DNA of 64,000 bases from Methyloversatilis sp. (lineage in GTDB: Bacteria > Pseudomonadota > Gammaproteobacteria > Burkholderiales > Rhodocyclaceae): assembly GCA_034004945.1 (NCBI GenBank), contig JAVEVQ010000001.1, positions 28,796-92,795 on the forward strand. Reading direction: 5' to 3'. Positions 40,845-50,664 of this stretch are shown in pieces (positions within the stretch are counted from its first letter, which is position 1; each line of letters opens with the position of its first letter). The notes beneath the pieces were generated by a model. That model was not told the origin of the DNA. It worked only from the letters and a program-made list of their open reading frames with translations, and did not search any database. The translations under genes were made by a program, and so were the position numbers.

Positions 40845-42299
40845 TCAGGCGAACAGCCCCTGCAGGTACCAGCGGTACGGCGCCCGGTGTTCACGATAGA
40901 TCCACAGCTTCTCCTGACGTGGTCCGACGGCGATGTAGTAATCGCGCAGCGCTTCCGCCGGATGGTCGCTGCCGGCGGCGTCGTCCCACCAGCCGGCCTC
41001 GATCCGCTCGGCGCGGCCGAGGCAGTGCAGCGGCCCGTTGCGCCAGGGCTGACCGTCGCGTTCGGCCAGCAGTTCGGGTTCCGGCAGCAGCCACAAGGGA
41101 CGCTGCGGCTTGCCGGTGGCCGGCTGCGCACGACCCGGTTCGTCGCGCTGCTGCGCCCGTTCCGGACGGTGGTCGCCGCGAGCTGACAGGCCGTAGACCG
41201 CATCGTGGCCGAGGCGGGCACGCAGCCGTTCGACCAGCACGTCGCGGGCTTCCTGCCTGTCCTGCGGCGACGGCGCCTGAGTGCCGAACAGGTCGCGGCT
41301 GCGACCGGGCTGTTCGATCCAGTCGGGTGCCCGCAGTCTCAGCGCGGTGACCGCTTCCGGCAGCGTGATGCGCGCCAGATGCTCGCGCGTCAGCGACGCC
41401 AGCAGGCGGGCGTCGTGGGTGGGGGTACCGGTGCGCAAGACCAGCCGGGTCGGCGCCGTGTGCTCGTGCTGCAGTTCGAGCTGGCATTCGGCGATGCCGG
41501 CATATGCGGCAGCCAGCTGGGTGCATGCACTGTTGAACAGTCGGCTGGCAGCGAACAGCAGCACGTCGACATCGTGACGCGGTACCGGCAGTTCGAGCCT
41601 GCTGTCGATTTCCGGAGGAAGGGAGAAGAAGGGGCGCGGATCGGCGGTCTGTCCGAGCGCCTGGTCGATTAGGCGACGCAGGGCCTGCGCGTCGCGCAGT
41701 GCGAGCGCGTCGCGCGGCAGCTTCATCGCATCTCCCACGCTGCGCAGGCCGGCTTCGCGCAAAGTGGCCAGCCGGGCCTCGCCAGCTTCGGTCACCTCGA
41801 GTGGCAGTGCATTCAGCGCTGCCGGCAAGGCTCCTGGGCTGCCTATCGTGCGGCCGGGTGTGCCGAGGGCGAGCCAGCGTGCGGCACGTGGCGTCGGGGC
41901 GCAGGCGCTGAGTGCATGAAAACCGGCGGCGGCCAGCGCACTGCGCAAGACGCGCAGCAGACCGTCGAGGCCACCGAACAGACGGATGCTGCCGGCGATT
42001 TCCAGCAGCAGACCGTCGGTTTCGAGGGCGACATGGGGTGTGAAATGCAGTGCGCAGCCGGCGGCGTCCTTCAGTGCCGACGCTTCCACAGCGCTGTCAC
42101 GCGGGCGGGTCAGCAGTTCGGGGGCTAATGCCAGTGCGTCGGCCATCCGCTGGCCGTGCCGCACGCCCTGAGCCAGCGCTGCCGCATCCAGCGCGACCAC
42201 ACGCTGCTTCGCCGCCACCGCCAGCGGCTGTGTGTGGGCCTGAGCGCGGAAGCGCGCCTGCAGCGGCCACTCGGGAAAGACCAGTGCCAGCCAGAGCAT
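40845..42299 (-). CDS. imuB: Y-family polymerase-like mutasome subunit
   Basis: MLWLALVFP, FTPHV, LLLEI.GS.RLFGG, LVERLRARLG, RPLWLL and ERIEAGWWD motifs. Confidence 0.92.
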   Translation of the reverse strand: MLWLALVFPEWPLQARFRAQAHTQPLAVAAKQRVVALDAAALAQGVRHGQRMADALALAPELLTRPRDSAVEASALKDAAGCALHFTPHVALETDGLLLEIAGSIRLFGGLDGLLRVLRSALAAAGFHALSACAPTPRAARWLALGTPGRTIGSPGALPAALNALPLEVTEAGEARLATLREAGLRSVGDAMKLPRDALALRDAQALRRLIDQALGQTADPRPFFSLPPEIDSRLELPVPRHDVDVLLFAASRLFNSACTQLAAAYAGIAECQLELQHEHTAPTRLVLRTGTPTHDARLLASLTREHLARITLPEAVTALRLRAPDWIEQPGRSRDLFGTQAPSPQDRQEARDVLVERLRARLGHDAVYGLSARGDHRPERAQQRDEPGRAQPATGKPQRPLWLLPEPELLAERDGQPWRNGPLHCLGRAERIEAGWWDDAAGSDHPAEALRDYYIAVGPRQEKLWIYREHRAPYRWYLQGLFA

Positions 42300-42328
42300 G
42301 TCGTACGCAGATCCATGTCGCAGGCCTG

Positions 42329-43015
42329 TCAGCCGACCAGCGCCAAGGCAGGGCGCCGGCGCAGGATGTCGGCACGCCGTACCGGGATGCCCGGACGTGT
42401 GCCGAGATGAACCGGTCGGTTGGCTGGGCGACCGCGTCGCTTCAGGATGTCGACGCGCACCTCGCCTTCCGCAGCGACGGATACCTGCAGGCGCAAGGCG
42501 GCTGGCGAGGCCATATGCGCGTCGGAGGCGGGGCGGAACAGCACCAGCGGCAGCGCGGCCTCACGCACCGCCAGCTGCAGCCGGCGCAGCAGAGCCGTGT
42601 CCACCCGGTCGAGCCAGCCGGTGACTGCACTGCACGCTCCCGAGTTGAGTGCGTGACGCAGCGCCCAGACTCGCTCGCCGGCACTAACCGCCTGGATCAC
42701 CAGCATGCGAGGCGTGCACAGACCCGCGGCGGCGAGCGCCGAAACATTCGGATACCAAGGCGGCGCCACCCAGGCCACCCAGCCATCGGCCTGACTGGCT
42801 TGGGCCAGCATGGGCAGCAGCAGGGAGACTTCACCGTGCCCGCAGCAGTCGGTCAGCACTTCGCTCATGTCGCCGATCGGCCAGCCTCCGCCGGGCAGTT
42901 CGGCGTCGAGCGCCGGATGACCGGTGGACACGGTGGGGCACGTGTCCACCGCCGTGTCGTTGGCACGCCAGACATCCGGACGGTGCAACAGGGTATGCAG
43001 GCTGGAGGCGCTCAT
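42329..43015 (-). CDS. imuA: Translesion synthesis-associated protein ImuA
   Basis: STGHPALDAELPGGGWP, GEVSLLLP, LRRLQLA and ILKRRG motifs. Confidence 0.92.
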   Translation of the reverse strand: MSASSLHTLLHRPDVWRANDTAVDTCPTVSTGHPALDAELPGGGWPIGDMSEVLTDCCGHGEVSLLLPMLAQASQADGWVAWVAPPWYPNVSALAAAGLCTPRMLVIQAVSAGERVWALRHALNSGACSAVTGWLDRVDTALLRRLQLAVREAALPLVLFRPASDAHMASPAALRLQVSVAAEGEVRVDILKRRGRPANRPVHLGTRPGIPVRRADILRRRPALALVG

Positions 43016-43019
43016 CGCG

Positions 43020-43628
43020 TCAGACCGCGCTGCCGTTGCGGATCAGCCCCACCATGACGCCCTCGATCACCAGCGGATCGCGTCGGGTGTCGACGACGAT
43101 GGGACTGAATTCGGGATTGTCCGGCAGCAGTTCGACCTGTGCGCCACTGCGACGCAGACGCTTCACGGTCACTTCGTCGTGCAGCCGGGCGACAATGATC
43201 TGGCCGTTGTGCGCTTCGGAGGTGGCATGGACGGCGATCAGGTCGCCGTCGAGGATGCCGGCGTCGCGCATGCTCAAGCCCCGCACACGCAACAGATAGT
43301 CGGCACGCGGTGAGAACATCGACGGGTCAACCTGATAGCGTCCCTGCACGTGGGCGTCGGCAAGAATGGGATTGCCGGCCGCGACCCGGCCTATCAGTGG
43401 AATGCCTGCCGGCTCGGACAGCCGGATGCCGCGCGCGCGGCCTTCGTCGAGACTGATGACGCCCTTGCGCGCCAGTGCGCGCAGATGGCTTTCGGCGGCG
43501 TTCGGCGAACGGAAGCCGAACGCCTGCGCGATCTCGGCCCGCGTGGGCGGGCTGCCACGTTCGCTGACGGCGTCACGAATCAGTTGCAGGATTTCCTGCT
43601 GGCGGGGCGTCAGGCTGTCGTTCGACAT
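43020..43628 (-). CDS. lexA: SOS repressor LexA
   Basis: [12 protein letters not shown] cleavage site, GLSM serine motif, VTVKR lysine motif. Confidence 0.96.
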   Translation of the reverse strand: MSNDSLTPRQQEILQLIRDAVSERGSPPTRAEIAQAFGFRSPNAAESHLRALARKGVISLDEGRARGIRLSEPAGIPLIGRVAAGNPILADAHVQGRYQVDPSMFSPRADYLLRVRGLSMRDAGILDGDLIAVHATSEAHNGQIIVARLHDEVTVKRLRRSGAQVELLPDNPEFSPIVVDTRRDPLVIEGVMVGLIRNGSAV

Positions 43629-43653
43629 GGGACAGGTGCTTGCTGTACGAGAA

Positions 43654-43669
43654 CTGTATTTTTATACAG
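43654..43669. promoter_or_regulatory. LexA (SOS) box
   Basis: CTGTATTTTTATACAG fits CTGT-N8-ACAG, 26 bp upstream of lexA. Confidence 0.9.
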
Positions 43670-43924
43670 TTATTCGTAAAGGCGCAAGCAGGCCGGGTGT
43701 CGATTGTCGACAATTGTTACAGGGTGGTATTTGTTCGCGTGCCCCCTGCCAGCCAACGCCGGTCCGTGTGGTTTGTGCAGTGCGATGAAAAGAAATGGAT
43801 TTTTGCCGTGGCGCCCGGATGACAGGATGTTCGGGCGGGGGATCTAATACCGAAGTACTAGGTTCCGGCTGTCGATATTATTGACAGTGTTGCGGCGCAG
43901 CAGGTCCGGAGGCTTCAACCAGGC

Positions 43925-43956
43925 AACAAAAAAGCACCCGAAGGTGCTTTTTTGTT
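43925..43956 (-). terminator. Rho-independent terminator of the PEP-CTERM gene
   Basis: AACAAAAAAGCACC-CGAA-GGTGCTTTTTTGTT. Confidence 0.85.
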
Positions 43957-43972
43957 TTCAGGCAGGTGAAGC

Positions 43973-44467
43973 TCAGCCCATGCGACGCTTTGCCATCAGG
44001 CCGATCATGCCCAGGCCAGCCAGCATCATCGCGTAGGTGTCTGCTTCCGGCACCACGGCGACCGGGGCGGTCGTCGAGGTCAGTGCGAGCACACCACCCA
44101 GGCTGCCGGTCGTGGAACCGGTCACCTTGTAGTAGTAATCGCCGGCGAGCAGGCCGTTGGCGGTGAACAGGGTGCCGAAGCTGTAGGCAGACAGAAACTT
44201 GTCTACCGCTCCGGTTTCCTTGTACAGCCACACCATGCTGTCCTCGCTCAGACCGAAGAACGGCGATGCTTCTGCCGATACGGCCAGCGTGGACAACGAG
44301 GTGGTCGGGGCGGTCAGCGTGAAGGTGAAAATTTCCGAGAAGGAGCCGGACAGCGAGGCGATGCCGGTTTCGATCGTGGCGTGGTCGTCCCAGCTGGTCG
44401 TCGCGGCATTCGCGCTTCCCACTGCAAACAGACCGCATACAACAGCTGCGACCAAGGTTTTCTTCAT
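43973..44467 (-). CDS. PEP-CTERM (FxDxF-type) exosortase substrate
   Basis: Signal peptide; FSEIFTF; Ser/Thr-rich; VPEADTYAMMLAGLGMIGLMAKRR tail. Confidence 0.9.
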   Translation of the reverse strand: MKKTLVAAVVCGLFAVGSANAATTSWDDHATIETGIASLSGSFSEIFTFTLTAPTTSLSTLAVSAEASPFFGLSEDSMVWLYKETGAVDKFLSAYSFGTLFTANGLLAGDYYYKVTGSTTGSLGGVLALTSTTAPVAVVPEADTYAMMLAGLGMIGLMAKRRMG

Positions 44468-44621
44468 ATCCTGTCCTTTCACAAAAAGTGACAAAGTGGA
44501 GCCCAGATTTTTGCAAGAACATCAGCCCCCCACAATCCGCGATGACGCCCTCATTTGCAACGACAAGTAAGGAGGTCATTCCGCACACTGCGAGCAGCTC
44601 AGCGTTCTGGTGAAACAGGGA

Positions 44622-44637
44622 TGCAAGACTCAGGCCA
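44622..44637 (-). promoter_or_regulatory. Sigma-54 (-24/-12) promoter of the PEP-CTERM gene
   Basis: Minus strand TGGCCTGAGTCTTGCA fits GG-N10-GC. Confidence 0.7.
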
Positions 44638-44882
44638 CTTTCTGTTTGTCATTGCTCTTTCTGAAGATAAATTTTCAACTGTTTGAATATGTTCAATAAA
44701 GTTTATTGTTGACGGACGTTCGACTCAGCCGGGGTGTGATGCTCTTTGGTGCGTCAGGGCCATATTTGTGCAATGCGGCGACGGCTTTTTTTACAACGGC
44801 GAGGAAGGCTCGCCTGATAGAATCCGCCGGACTCCAGAGCGTGCGATGTTTCGTGGTCGCGTCGTGTGGATGGGAGGTGCGC

Positions 44883-45398
44883 ATGTTGAATGCAGGACAA
44901 CCCGCTCCGCTGTTCGAACTGCCGGATGCCGATCTGGAGCTGTTCAATCTGGGTGACCAGCTCGGGCAGCACCTGATGGTGCTCTACTTCTACGCCAAGG
45001 ACGACACGCCGGGCTGTACGGCCCAGGCCATCGAGTTCAGCGATCTGGACGACGATTTCCGGCGTTGTGACTGCACCGTGCTCGGTGTCAGTCGCGACGA
45101 ATGTTTCACACACGCAGATTTCCGCGACAAGCACGGCCTGACGGTCAGGCTGCTGTCGGACATCGACGGCGAGGTCTGCCGGCGCTACGGCGTCTGGCGC
45201 GAGCGCGAGGTCGATGGAAAGCTGCGGTTCTGCATGACCCGCTCGACATTCATCATCGATCGGAAGGGTGTCATACGTTACGCGCAATATGGCGTGAATC
45301 CGCGCGGGCACGCCGGGGAAGTCCTCGAACGCGTGCGCGCACTGCACATGAAAGGAATCAGGAATGCTCATCAGCAAGAACTCGGTCGTCACCCTTAA
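44883..45398 (+). CDS. bcp: Peroxiredoxin, Bcp/PrxQ family
   Basis: YFYAKDDTPGCT, GVSRD and RSTFIID motifs; GGAGG RBS. Confidence 0.85.
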   Translation: MLNAGQPAPLFELPDADLELFNLGDQLGQHLMVLYFYAKDDTPGCTAQAIEFSDLDDDFRRCDCTVLGVSRDECFTHADFRDKHGLTVRLLSDIDGEVCRRYGVWREREVDGKLRFCMTRSTFIIDRKGVIRYAQYGVNPRGHAGEVLERVRALHMKGIRNAHQQELGRHP

Positions 45399-45843
45399 GT
45401 ACAGCGTGACGGATCCGGACGGCAATATGGTCGATCCGGGCGAAGCCCCGCTGGCCTATCTGCACGGCGGTTACGGCGGTATTTTCCAGCCGATCGAGGA
45501 AGCTCTTGAAGGCAAGACCGTCGGCGACGAAGTGGTCGTGAAGCTGCAGCCGGAAGATGCCTTCGGCGAGTACGACGAAGAACTGGTCGAGATCGAATCG
45601 CGTGCGAACTTCCCGGACAACATCGAAGTCGGCATGCAGTTCGAGCGCGTCAGCGAAGATGGCGAGGAAGAGGGCCTGTATACCGTGACCGACATTGCCG
45701 ACGACCGCGTCGTGATCGACGGCAATCACCCGCTGGCCGGCACCGCACTGGTGTTCTCGTGCTCGGTGTCGGCAGTGCGCCAGGCGTCGGCGGAAGAGCT
45801 GTCGCACGGCCACGTGCACGGCGACCACGGCCACCACCACTGA
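45364..45843 (+). CDS. slyD: FKBP-type peptidyl-prolyl isomerase
   Basis: YLHGG, PEDAFGE and DGNHPLAG motifs; His-rich tail. Confidence 0.9.
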   Translation: MLISKNSVVTLKYSVTDPDGNMVDPGEAPLAYLHGGYGGIFQPIEEALEGKTVGDEVVVKLQPEDAFGEYDEELVEIESRANFPDNIEVGMQFERVSEDGEEEGLYTVTDIADDRVVIDGNHPLAGTALVFSCSVSAVRQASAEELSHGHVHGDHGHHH

Positions 45844-45930
45844 GATCGTCCCCCGCCGGGCGCCGACGAGGGCCCCGGCGTTCTCCGCCCGCTGTCGGGC
45901 GCTGCGTCGAAATCCTGTCAGGGAGCATCC

Positions 45931-46947
45931 ATGTCGCGTGTGCTGGTCACCGGTGGCGCGGGCTATATCGGCTCGCACACCTGCATCGAACTGATGGCTG
46001 CGGGCCACCAGGTGGTGGTTGTAGATAACCTGTGCAACAGCAAGCGCGAATCCCTGACGCGCGTCGAACGCATCGCCGGGCAGACGCTGCAGGCCTTCGT
46101 GCAGGCCGATGTCCGCGATCGCGTCGCGATGCGCGCGGTGTTTGCGGCGCACGACATCGATGCGGTGATCCACTTCGCCGGCCTGAAGGCGGTCGGCGAG
46201 TCGGTCGCGAAGCCGCTCGAGTACTACGACAACAACGTCAGCGGCACGGTGGCGCTGTGCGAGGTGATGGCCGAAGCCGGCGTAAAGGCGCTGGCCTTTT
46301 CGTCCTCGGCCACGGTCTATGGTGATCCGGCGTCGGTGCCCATCCGCGAGGATTTCCCGACCGGGCCGACCAATCCTTACGGCCGTTCGAAATGGATGGT
46401 CGAGTACCTGCTGCAGGACCTCGTCGCGGCCGACCCGTCCTGGCGCATCGCACTGCTGCGCTACTTCAATCCGGTCGGCGCGCACGAATCCGGCCTGATC
46501 GGCGAAGACCCGAACGGCCTGCCGAACAACCTGATGCCCTTCGTCAGCCAGGTGGCGGTAGGCAAGCTGGCCGAGCTGCGCGTGTTCGGTGGTGACTGGC
46601 CGACGCCGGACGGCACCGGCGTGCGCGACTACATCCACGTGCTTGACCTCGCTCAGGGCCACGTGCGTGCCATCGACTACCTTGCTGAGCATGCCGGTCT
46701 GCTGACGGTGAATCTGGGTACCGGTCATGGCTACAGCGTGCTCGAGGTCGTGCGCGCCTTCGAGCAGGCGAGCGGACGCGCCGTGCCGTACCGCATCGTC
46801 GATCGGCGGCCAGGGGACATCGCCCAGTGCTACGCCGACCCGGCGAACGCAAACCGGCTTCTGGGCTGGGTTGCGCGGCGCAACCTCGCGCAGATGTGCG
46901 CCGATGCGTGGAACTGGCAGCGCAGCAACCCGCAGGGCTATGCCTGA
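45931..46947 (+). CDS. galE: UDP-glucose 4-epimerase
   Basis: TGGAGYIGSH, HFAGLKAVGES, YGRSK and LRYFNPVGAH motifs. Confidence 0.96.
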   Translation: MSRVLVTGGAGYIGSHTCIELMAAGHQVVVVDNLCNSKRESLTRVERIAGQTLQAFVQADVRDRVAMRAVFAAHDIDAVIHFAGLKAVGESVAKPLEYYDNNVSGTVALCEVMAEAGVKALAFSSSATVYGDPASVPIREDFPTGPTNPYGRSKWMVEYLLQDLVAADPSWRIALLRYFNPVGAHESGLIGEDPNGLPNNLMPFVSQVAVGKLAELRVFGGDWPTPDGTGVRDYIHVLDLAQGHVRAIDYLAEHAGLLTVNLGTGHGYSVLEVVRAFEQASGRAVPYRIVDRRPGDIAQCYADPANANRLLGWVARRNLAQMCADAWNWQRSNPQGYA

Positions 46948-47062
46948 CGCGCGTCGCGCGCGGAGAGCAGAAAGTCTCGGCGCGCCGCGGTAGATGACGA
47001 CCGCCGCTTCGTGCTAAACCAGCCTCTCGCCGTCGGTCGGAAACAGCCCGGGAGGAGTGTTC

Positions 47063-47305
47063 ATGCACCTGCAAGTCGTGTTCGAGAGGGCGCACGCCGC
47101 GGACAGCGGAAACAGCGCATCCATCTTCCGGCAACTGCTCGACGCGCTCGAGCACGATGCACCGTTCGACCTGCAACTGCTGTATGAGCTGCCCTATGCC
47201 GACTTCGACACGGCGCTCAATGCGCTGCGAGAGTGGCGTTCGCAGCGCTACGTATGGCTGCGTGAACACGAGGGGTCCCAGCCCTGGCGCAGTCATCTGA
47301 GTTAG
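47063..47305 (+). CDS. Small hypothetical protein (80 aa)
   Basis: GGAGGAG RBS; coding-like codon usage; no family recognised. Confidence 0.6.
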   Translation: MHLQVVFERAHAADSGNSASIFRQLLDALEHDAPFDLQLLYELPYADFDTALNALREWRSQRYVWLREHEGSQPWRSHLS

Positions 47306-47465
47306 CAGCTGCCTGCCGATTCCTCCATCACCTCAACCGGCGCTGACACGCGCGGCGTGCCCTGCCATGCGGCGCACCGGCTGCGCCGGTGAGCGGATCC
47401 GCTGCCGCAGCGCCCCGTTGTCCGCTGTCACGGAGCCGTGATGGTGCTGTGTTAACCTGCGGCGC

Positions 47466-47951
47466 ATGCTGCGTCATACGAGTTTTTCCCGCGGTTTCAC
47501 TCTGATCGAGCTGATGGTGGTGATCGCCATCGTCGGCGTGCTCGCGACCATGGCCATGCCCATGATGGAACTGGCGCGCGTACGTGCGAACGAGGCCGAA
47601 CTGCGTACTTCGCTGCGGCAGATCCGCACCGCGCTCGACGATTACAAAAAGGCGTGGGACGAGGGGCGCATCGAGAAGAAGGTTGGTGCCAGCGGCTACC
47701 CGCCCAGCCTCGACGTGCTGGTCAATGGCGTGCGCGACGTCAAGCAGCCGAACGACGTGAAGATCTACTTCCTGCGCCGGTTGCCGCGCGACCCCTTTCA
47801 TGCCGACACATCGACGCCGCCCGAGCAGACCTGGGGCCTGCGCAGCTACGCCAGCCCGCCGGACGAACCGGTGCCCGGCGCCGATGTGTTCGATGTCTAT
47901 TCGCTGTCCGGCCGCACCGGCCTGAACGGCATTCCGTACCGGAACTGGTGA
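47466..47951 (+). CDS. Type II secretion pseudopilin (GspG/PulG-like)
   Basis: RGFTLIELM prepilin site; FLRRLPRDP and WGLRSY motifs. Confidence 0.88.
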   Translation: MLRHTSFSRGFTLIELMVVIAIVGVLATMAMPMMELARVRANEAELRTSLRQIRTALDDYKKAWDEGRIEKKVGASGYPPSLDVLVNGVRDVKQPNDVKIYFLRRLPRDPFHADTSTPPEQTWGLRSYASPPDEPVPGADVFDVYSLSGRTGLNGIPYRNW

Positions 47952-48337
47952 TGTTCACTTTTGTCCGCAAGCGCGGTTTCACGCTGATCGAACTGCTGGT
48001 GGTCATGGCCATCATCGCGGTGCTGCTGACCATCGCCGCACCGCGCTACTTCGAACATCTGGACCGCTCGAAGGAAGCGACGCTGAAGCAGACGCTGGCG
48101 GTCACCCGCGATGCGATCGACAAGTTCCGCGGTGACCGCGGCGCCTGGCCGCAAAGCCTGCAGGAACTGGTCGACAAGCAGTACCTGCGCAAGCTGCCCT
48201 TCGACCCGCTCACCGACAGCAGCGAAACCTGGATCGTCGTGCCGCCGCGCGACTCGGCAAACGAAAGCGGCGTGGCCGACCTGAAGAGCGGCGCCGAAGG
48301 CACGTCGCGCGACGGCGTCGCCTATTCCGACCTCTGA
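47951..48337 (+). CDS. Type II secretion pseudopilin
   Basis: RGFTLIELL prepilin site; YLRKLPFDP; TGATG overlap with the previous gene. Confidence 0.88.
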   Translation: MFTFVRKRGFTLIELLVVMAIIAVLLTIAAPRYFEHLDRSKEATLKQTLAVTRDAIDKFRGDRGAWPQSLQELVDKQYLRKLPFDPLTDSSETWIVVPPRDSANESGVADLKSGAEGTSRDGVAYSDL

Positions 48338-48341
48338 CGCG

Positions 48342-49052
48342 ATGCGGGCGGACCAGCGCGGCTTTTCCTACTTGCTGCTGCTGTTCGCGGTCGCTGCGCT
48401 GGGCATCGCGGCGGCCGGCAGCGCGCTGATGTGGAGCACGCTGTCGCAGACCGAACGCGAACGCGAACTGCTGTTCATCGGCGGCGAGTTTTCGCGTGCG
48501 CTGCAGCGCTACTACGACGCGTCCCCGGCCGAGCCGAAAGCCTATCCGGCACGGCTGGAGGATCTGCTTGAAGACAAGCGGCATCAGGTGCCGATGCGTC
48601 ATCTGCGCAAGATCTATGTCGATCCGATGACCAACAACCGCGACTGGGGGCTGGTCGTCTCACAGGGGCAGATACGCGCGATACACAGCCGATCGGAAAA
48701 GGCGTCGCGCATCCACGTGCTGCCGCGCTGGGTCGATGCGACCGGCGACAAGCTGGCGAGCGGTCTGAAGACGCCGCCGACGCAGCCGCCCTCGACCACC
48801 CTTGGACAGCCTGGCACGACGGCGCAATCCGCTGTCCGTCCGGAGGGCGATCTGCGTCACGCCGACTGGCTGTTCGTGCCGGTTGCCGATAAGCCGGCGC
48901 AGCAGGACGCGCCGGGGTCGTCGCCTTCTTTGCCCGGATCGCCGGCGGGCAGCACGCCGGTCGTTGTCGGAGAGAGCGGCGATGGCAGCAGTACGCCGCA
49001 AGCCGGCGGCTCAGGCGGATCGCTGCAGGAGCAGTACACCGGCCAGCGCTGA
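48342..49052 (+). CDS. Minor pseudopilin-like protein with low-complexity tail
   Basis: QRGFSYL N-terminus without E5; ERELLFIG and RHLRKIYVDPMT motifs. Confidence 0.8.
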   Translation: MRADQRGFSYLLLLFAVAALGIAAAGSALMWSTLSQTERERELLFIGGEFSRALQRYYDASPAEPKAYPARLEDLLEDKRHQVPMRHLRKIYVDPMTNNRDWGLVVSQGQIRAIHSRSEKASRIHVLPRWVDATGDKLASGLKTPPTQPPSTTLGQPGTTAQSAVRPEGDLRHADWLFVPVADKPAQQDAPGSSPSLPGSPAGSTPVVVGESGDGSSTPQAGGSGGSLQEQYTGQR

Positions 49053-49060
49053 AGCGGATG

Positions 49061-49549
49061 TCAGATCAGCCAGGCGGCCAGCGCGATGCCCAGCATCATG
49101 AAGGCGATGGCCACCTTGGCGACCGCGGCGATCAGCATGCCCAGCCATGTGGCCACACCGACGCGCGCGGCCTGCAAGGCATCGCGGCGTGCGATGAACT
49201 CGCCGATCGCCGCGCCCGCCAGCGGTGCGAACAGCAGGCCGATCAGTCCGGCGAACAGCCCGAGCACGGTACCGATCGCCGCGCCGACCAGCGCCAGCGT
49301 GCTGGCGCCGACCCGCTGAGCACCGATCACGCCCGACGCGAAATCGATCAGCCAGGCGAGCACGGTGAGTGCCCCCAGCAGCGTCAACGTGACGGTGCCG
49401 ATGTGGGTGAAGTCGTCCAGCCAGGCCATCATCAGGAAGCCGCCGAACATCAGCGGTATGCCGGGCAGGGCGGGCAGTACGACGCCGCCCAGCCCGATCA
49501 GCACCAGCAGTGCCGCGATTACCCACAGCAGGATGTCGATACCGCTCAT
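49061..49549 (-). CDS. DUF456 family membrane protein
   Basis: [22 protein letters not shown] and PLAGAAIGE motifs. Confidence 0.85.
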   Translation of the reverse strand: MSGIDILLWVIAALLVLIGLGGVVLPALPGIPLMFGGFLMMAWLDDFTHIGTVTLTLLGALTVLAWLIDFASGVIGAQRVGASTLALVGAAIGTVLGLFAGLIGLLFAPLAGAAIGEFIARRDALQAARVGVATWLGMLIAAVAKVAIAFMMLGIALAAWLI

Positions 49550-50664
49550 TGTGCGAAGGCGGCGACCGCGTCGTCGACCACCGCCAGCAGATTGCGCGTG
49601 CGGGCGTACACGGCGCGCAGGCGCGTTGCGTCGTTGCCGCCGCTGCGGACCATGCGGTGCAGCGCGTCGAGTGCATCCGACGAGCGCAGGGCGTCGGCGT
49701 GCGGCGCCAGCCGTTCGAGCGTGGCGGCGATGTCGTCGCGCAGCGGCAGTGCCGCGTGGCTGCGCGGATGCACGATCAGCCCGTCGAGGCCGAAGCGGCA
49801 GGCCTGGAAGCGATTGTAGGTGTACACGAGATAGTCGTCCTCGACCGGTTCGGGGTCTTCGCCGGCGAGGATGAGCCGGCACAGCGCCTGCAGATAGACC
49901 GCGATCTGCGCTGCGCGATCCACGCTGAGCGGCGTGTCGCATACGCGCAGTTCTATCGTGCCGTATTCGGGTTTGGGCCGGATGTCCCAGTAGAAGTCCT
50001 TCATGCTGCGCACGATGCCTGTGTCTTCCATCCGCGCGAAGTAGTCGCGCTCGAAGCGCGACCAGTCGAGCACGAAAGGCGCGCGGCCACTGAGCGGGAA
50101 GGCGAACACCGAATTCAGGCGGGCGGAATCGAACAGCGTGTCGCTGCCCTGCGAGAAGGGCGACGAGGCGGACAGCGCGATGAAGTGCGGCACGTAGCGC
50201 CCGAGTGCGTGCAGCACGCGCAGCGCGCTGTCCGGGTCCGGCATGCCGATGTGCACGTGCTGACCGAACACCGTGAACTGCTTGGCCAGATAGCCGTAGA
50301 GGCCGGACAGCTGCTGGAAGCGCGGGGCCGAGAAGATGCGCCGTTCCGACCACTGCTGGAACGGGTGGGTGCCACCGCCGCACAGCGATACATTGAGCCG
50401 TGCCGCGTCCTTCACCAGTGCATCGCGCATCAGGCGCAACTGCGCGAGCAGCGTGGCATGGCTGTCCTGGATGCCGGTCGCCACCTCTATCATGCTGTCG
50501 GTCATTTCCGGCTTGATGTCGCCGGGAAAGGTCTGACGCTGCGTCAGTTCCAGCAGGTCGGCGGCGGCCGACGCGAGGTCGCGGTCGTGCTCGCCGACCA
50601 GCTGCAGTTCGAGTTCGACGCCCATGCTGAGCGCTGACGAAGCGTGAAAGGTTTCGAGCGGCAT
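49546..50664 (-). CDS. YbdK-family carboxylate-amine (glutamate--cysteine) ligase
   Basis: [34 protein letters not shown] and IELRVCD motifs. Confidence 0.9.
   Translation of the reverse strand: MPLETFHASSALSMGVELELQLVGEHDRDLASAAADLLELTQRQTFPGDIKPEMTDSMIEVATGIQDSHATLLAQLRLMRDALVKDAARLNVSLCGGGTHPFQQWSERRIFSAPRFQQLSGLYGYLAKQFTVFGQHVHIGMPDPDSALRVLHALGRYVPHFIALSASSPFSQGSDTLFDSARLNSVFAFPLSGRAPFVLDWSRFERDYFARMEDTGIVRSMKDFYWDIRPKPEYGTIELRVCDTPLSVDRAAQIAVYLQALCRLILAGEDPEPVEDDYLVYTYNRFQACRFGLDGLIVHPRSHAALPLRDDIAATLERLAPHADALRSSDALDALHRMVRSGGNDATRLRAVYARTRNLLAVVDDAVAAFAQ

Noticed and set aside
45364-45398. 35-bp overlap between bcp and slyD as a frameshift or recoding site
   Set aside because: Both proteins are complete and slyD has its own AGGA RBS; this is an ordinary short overlap.
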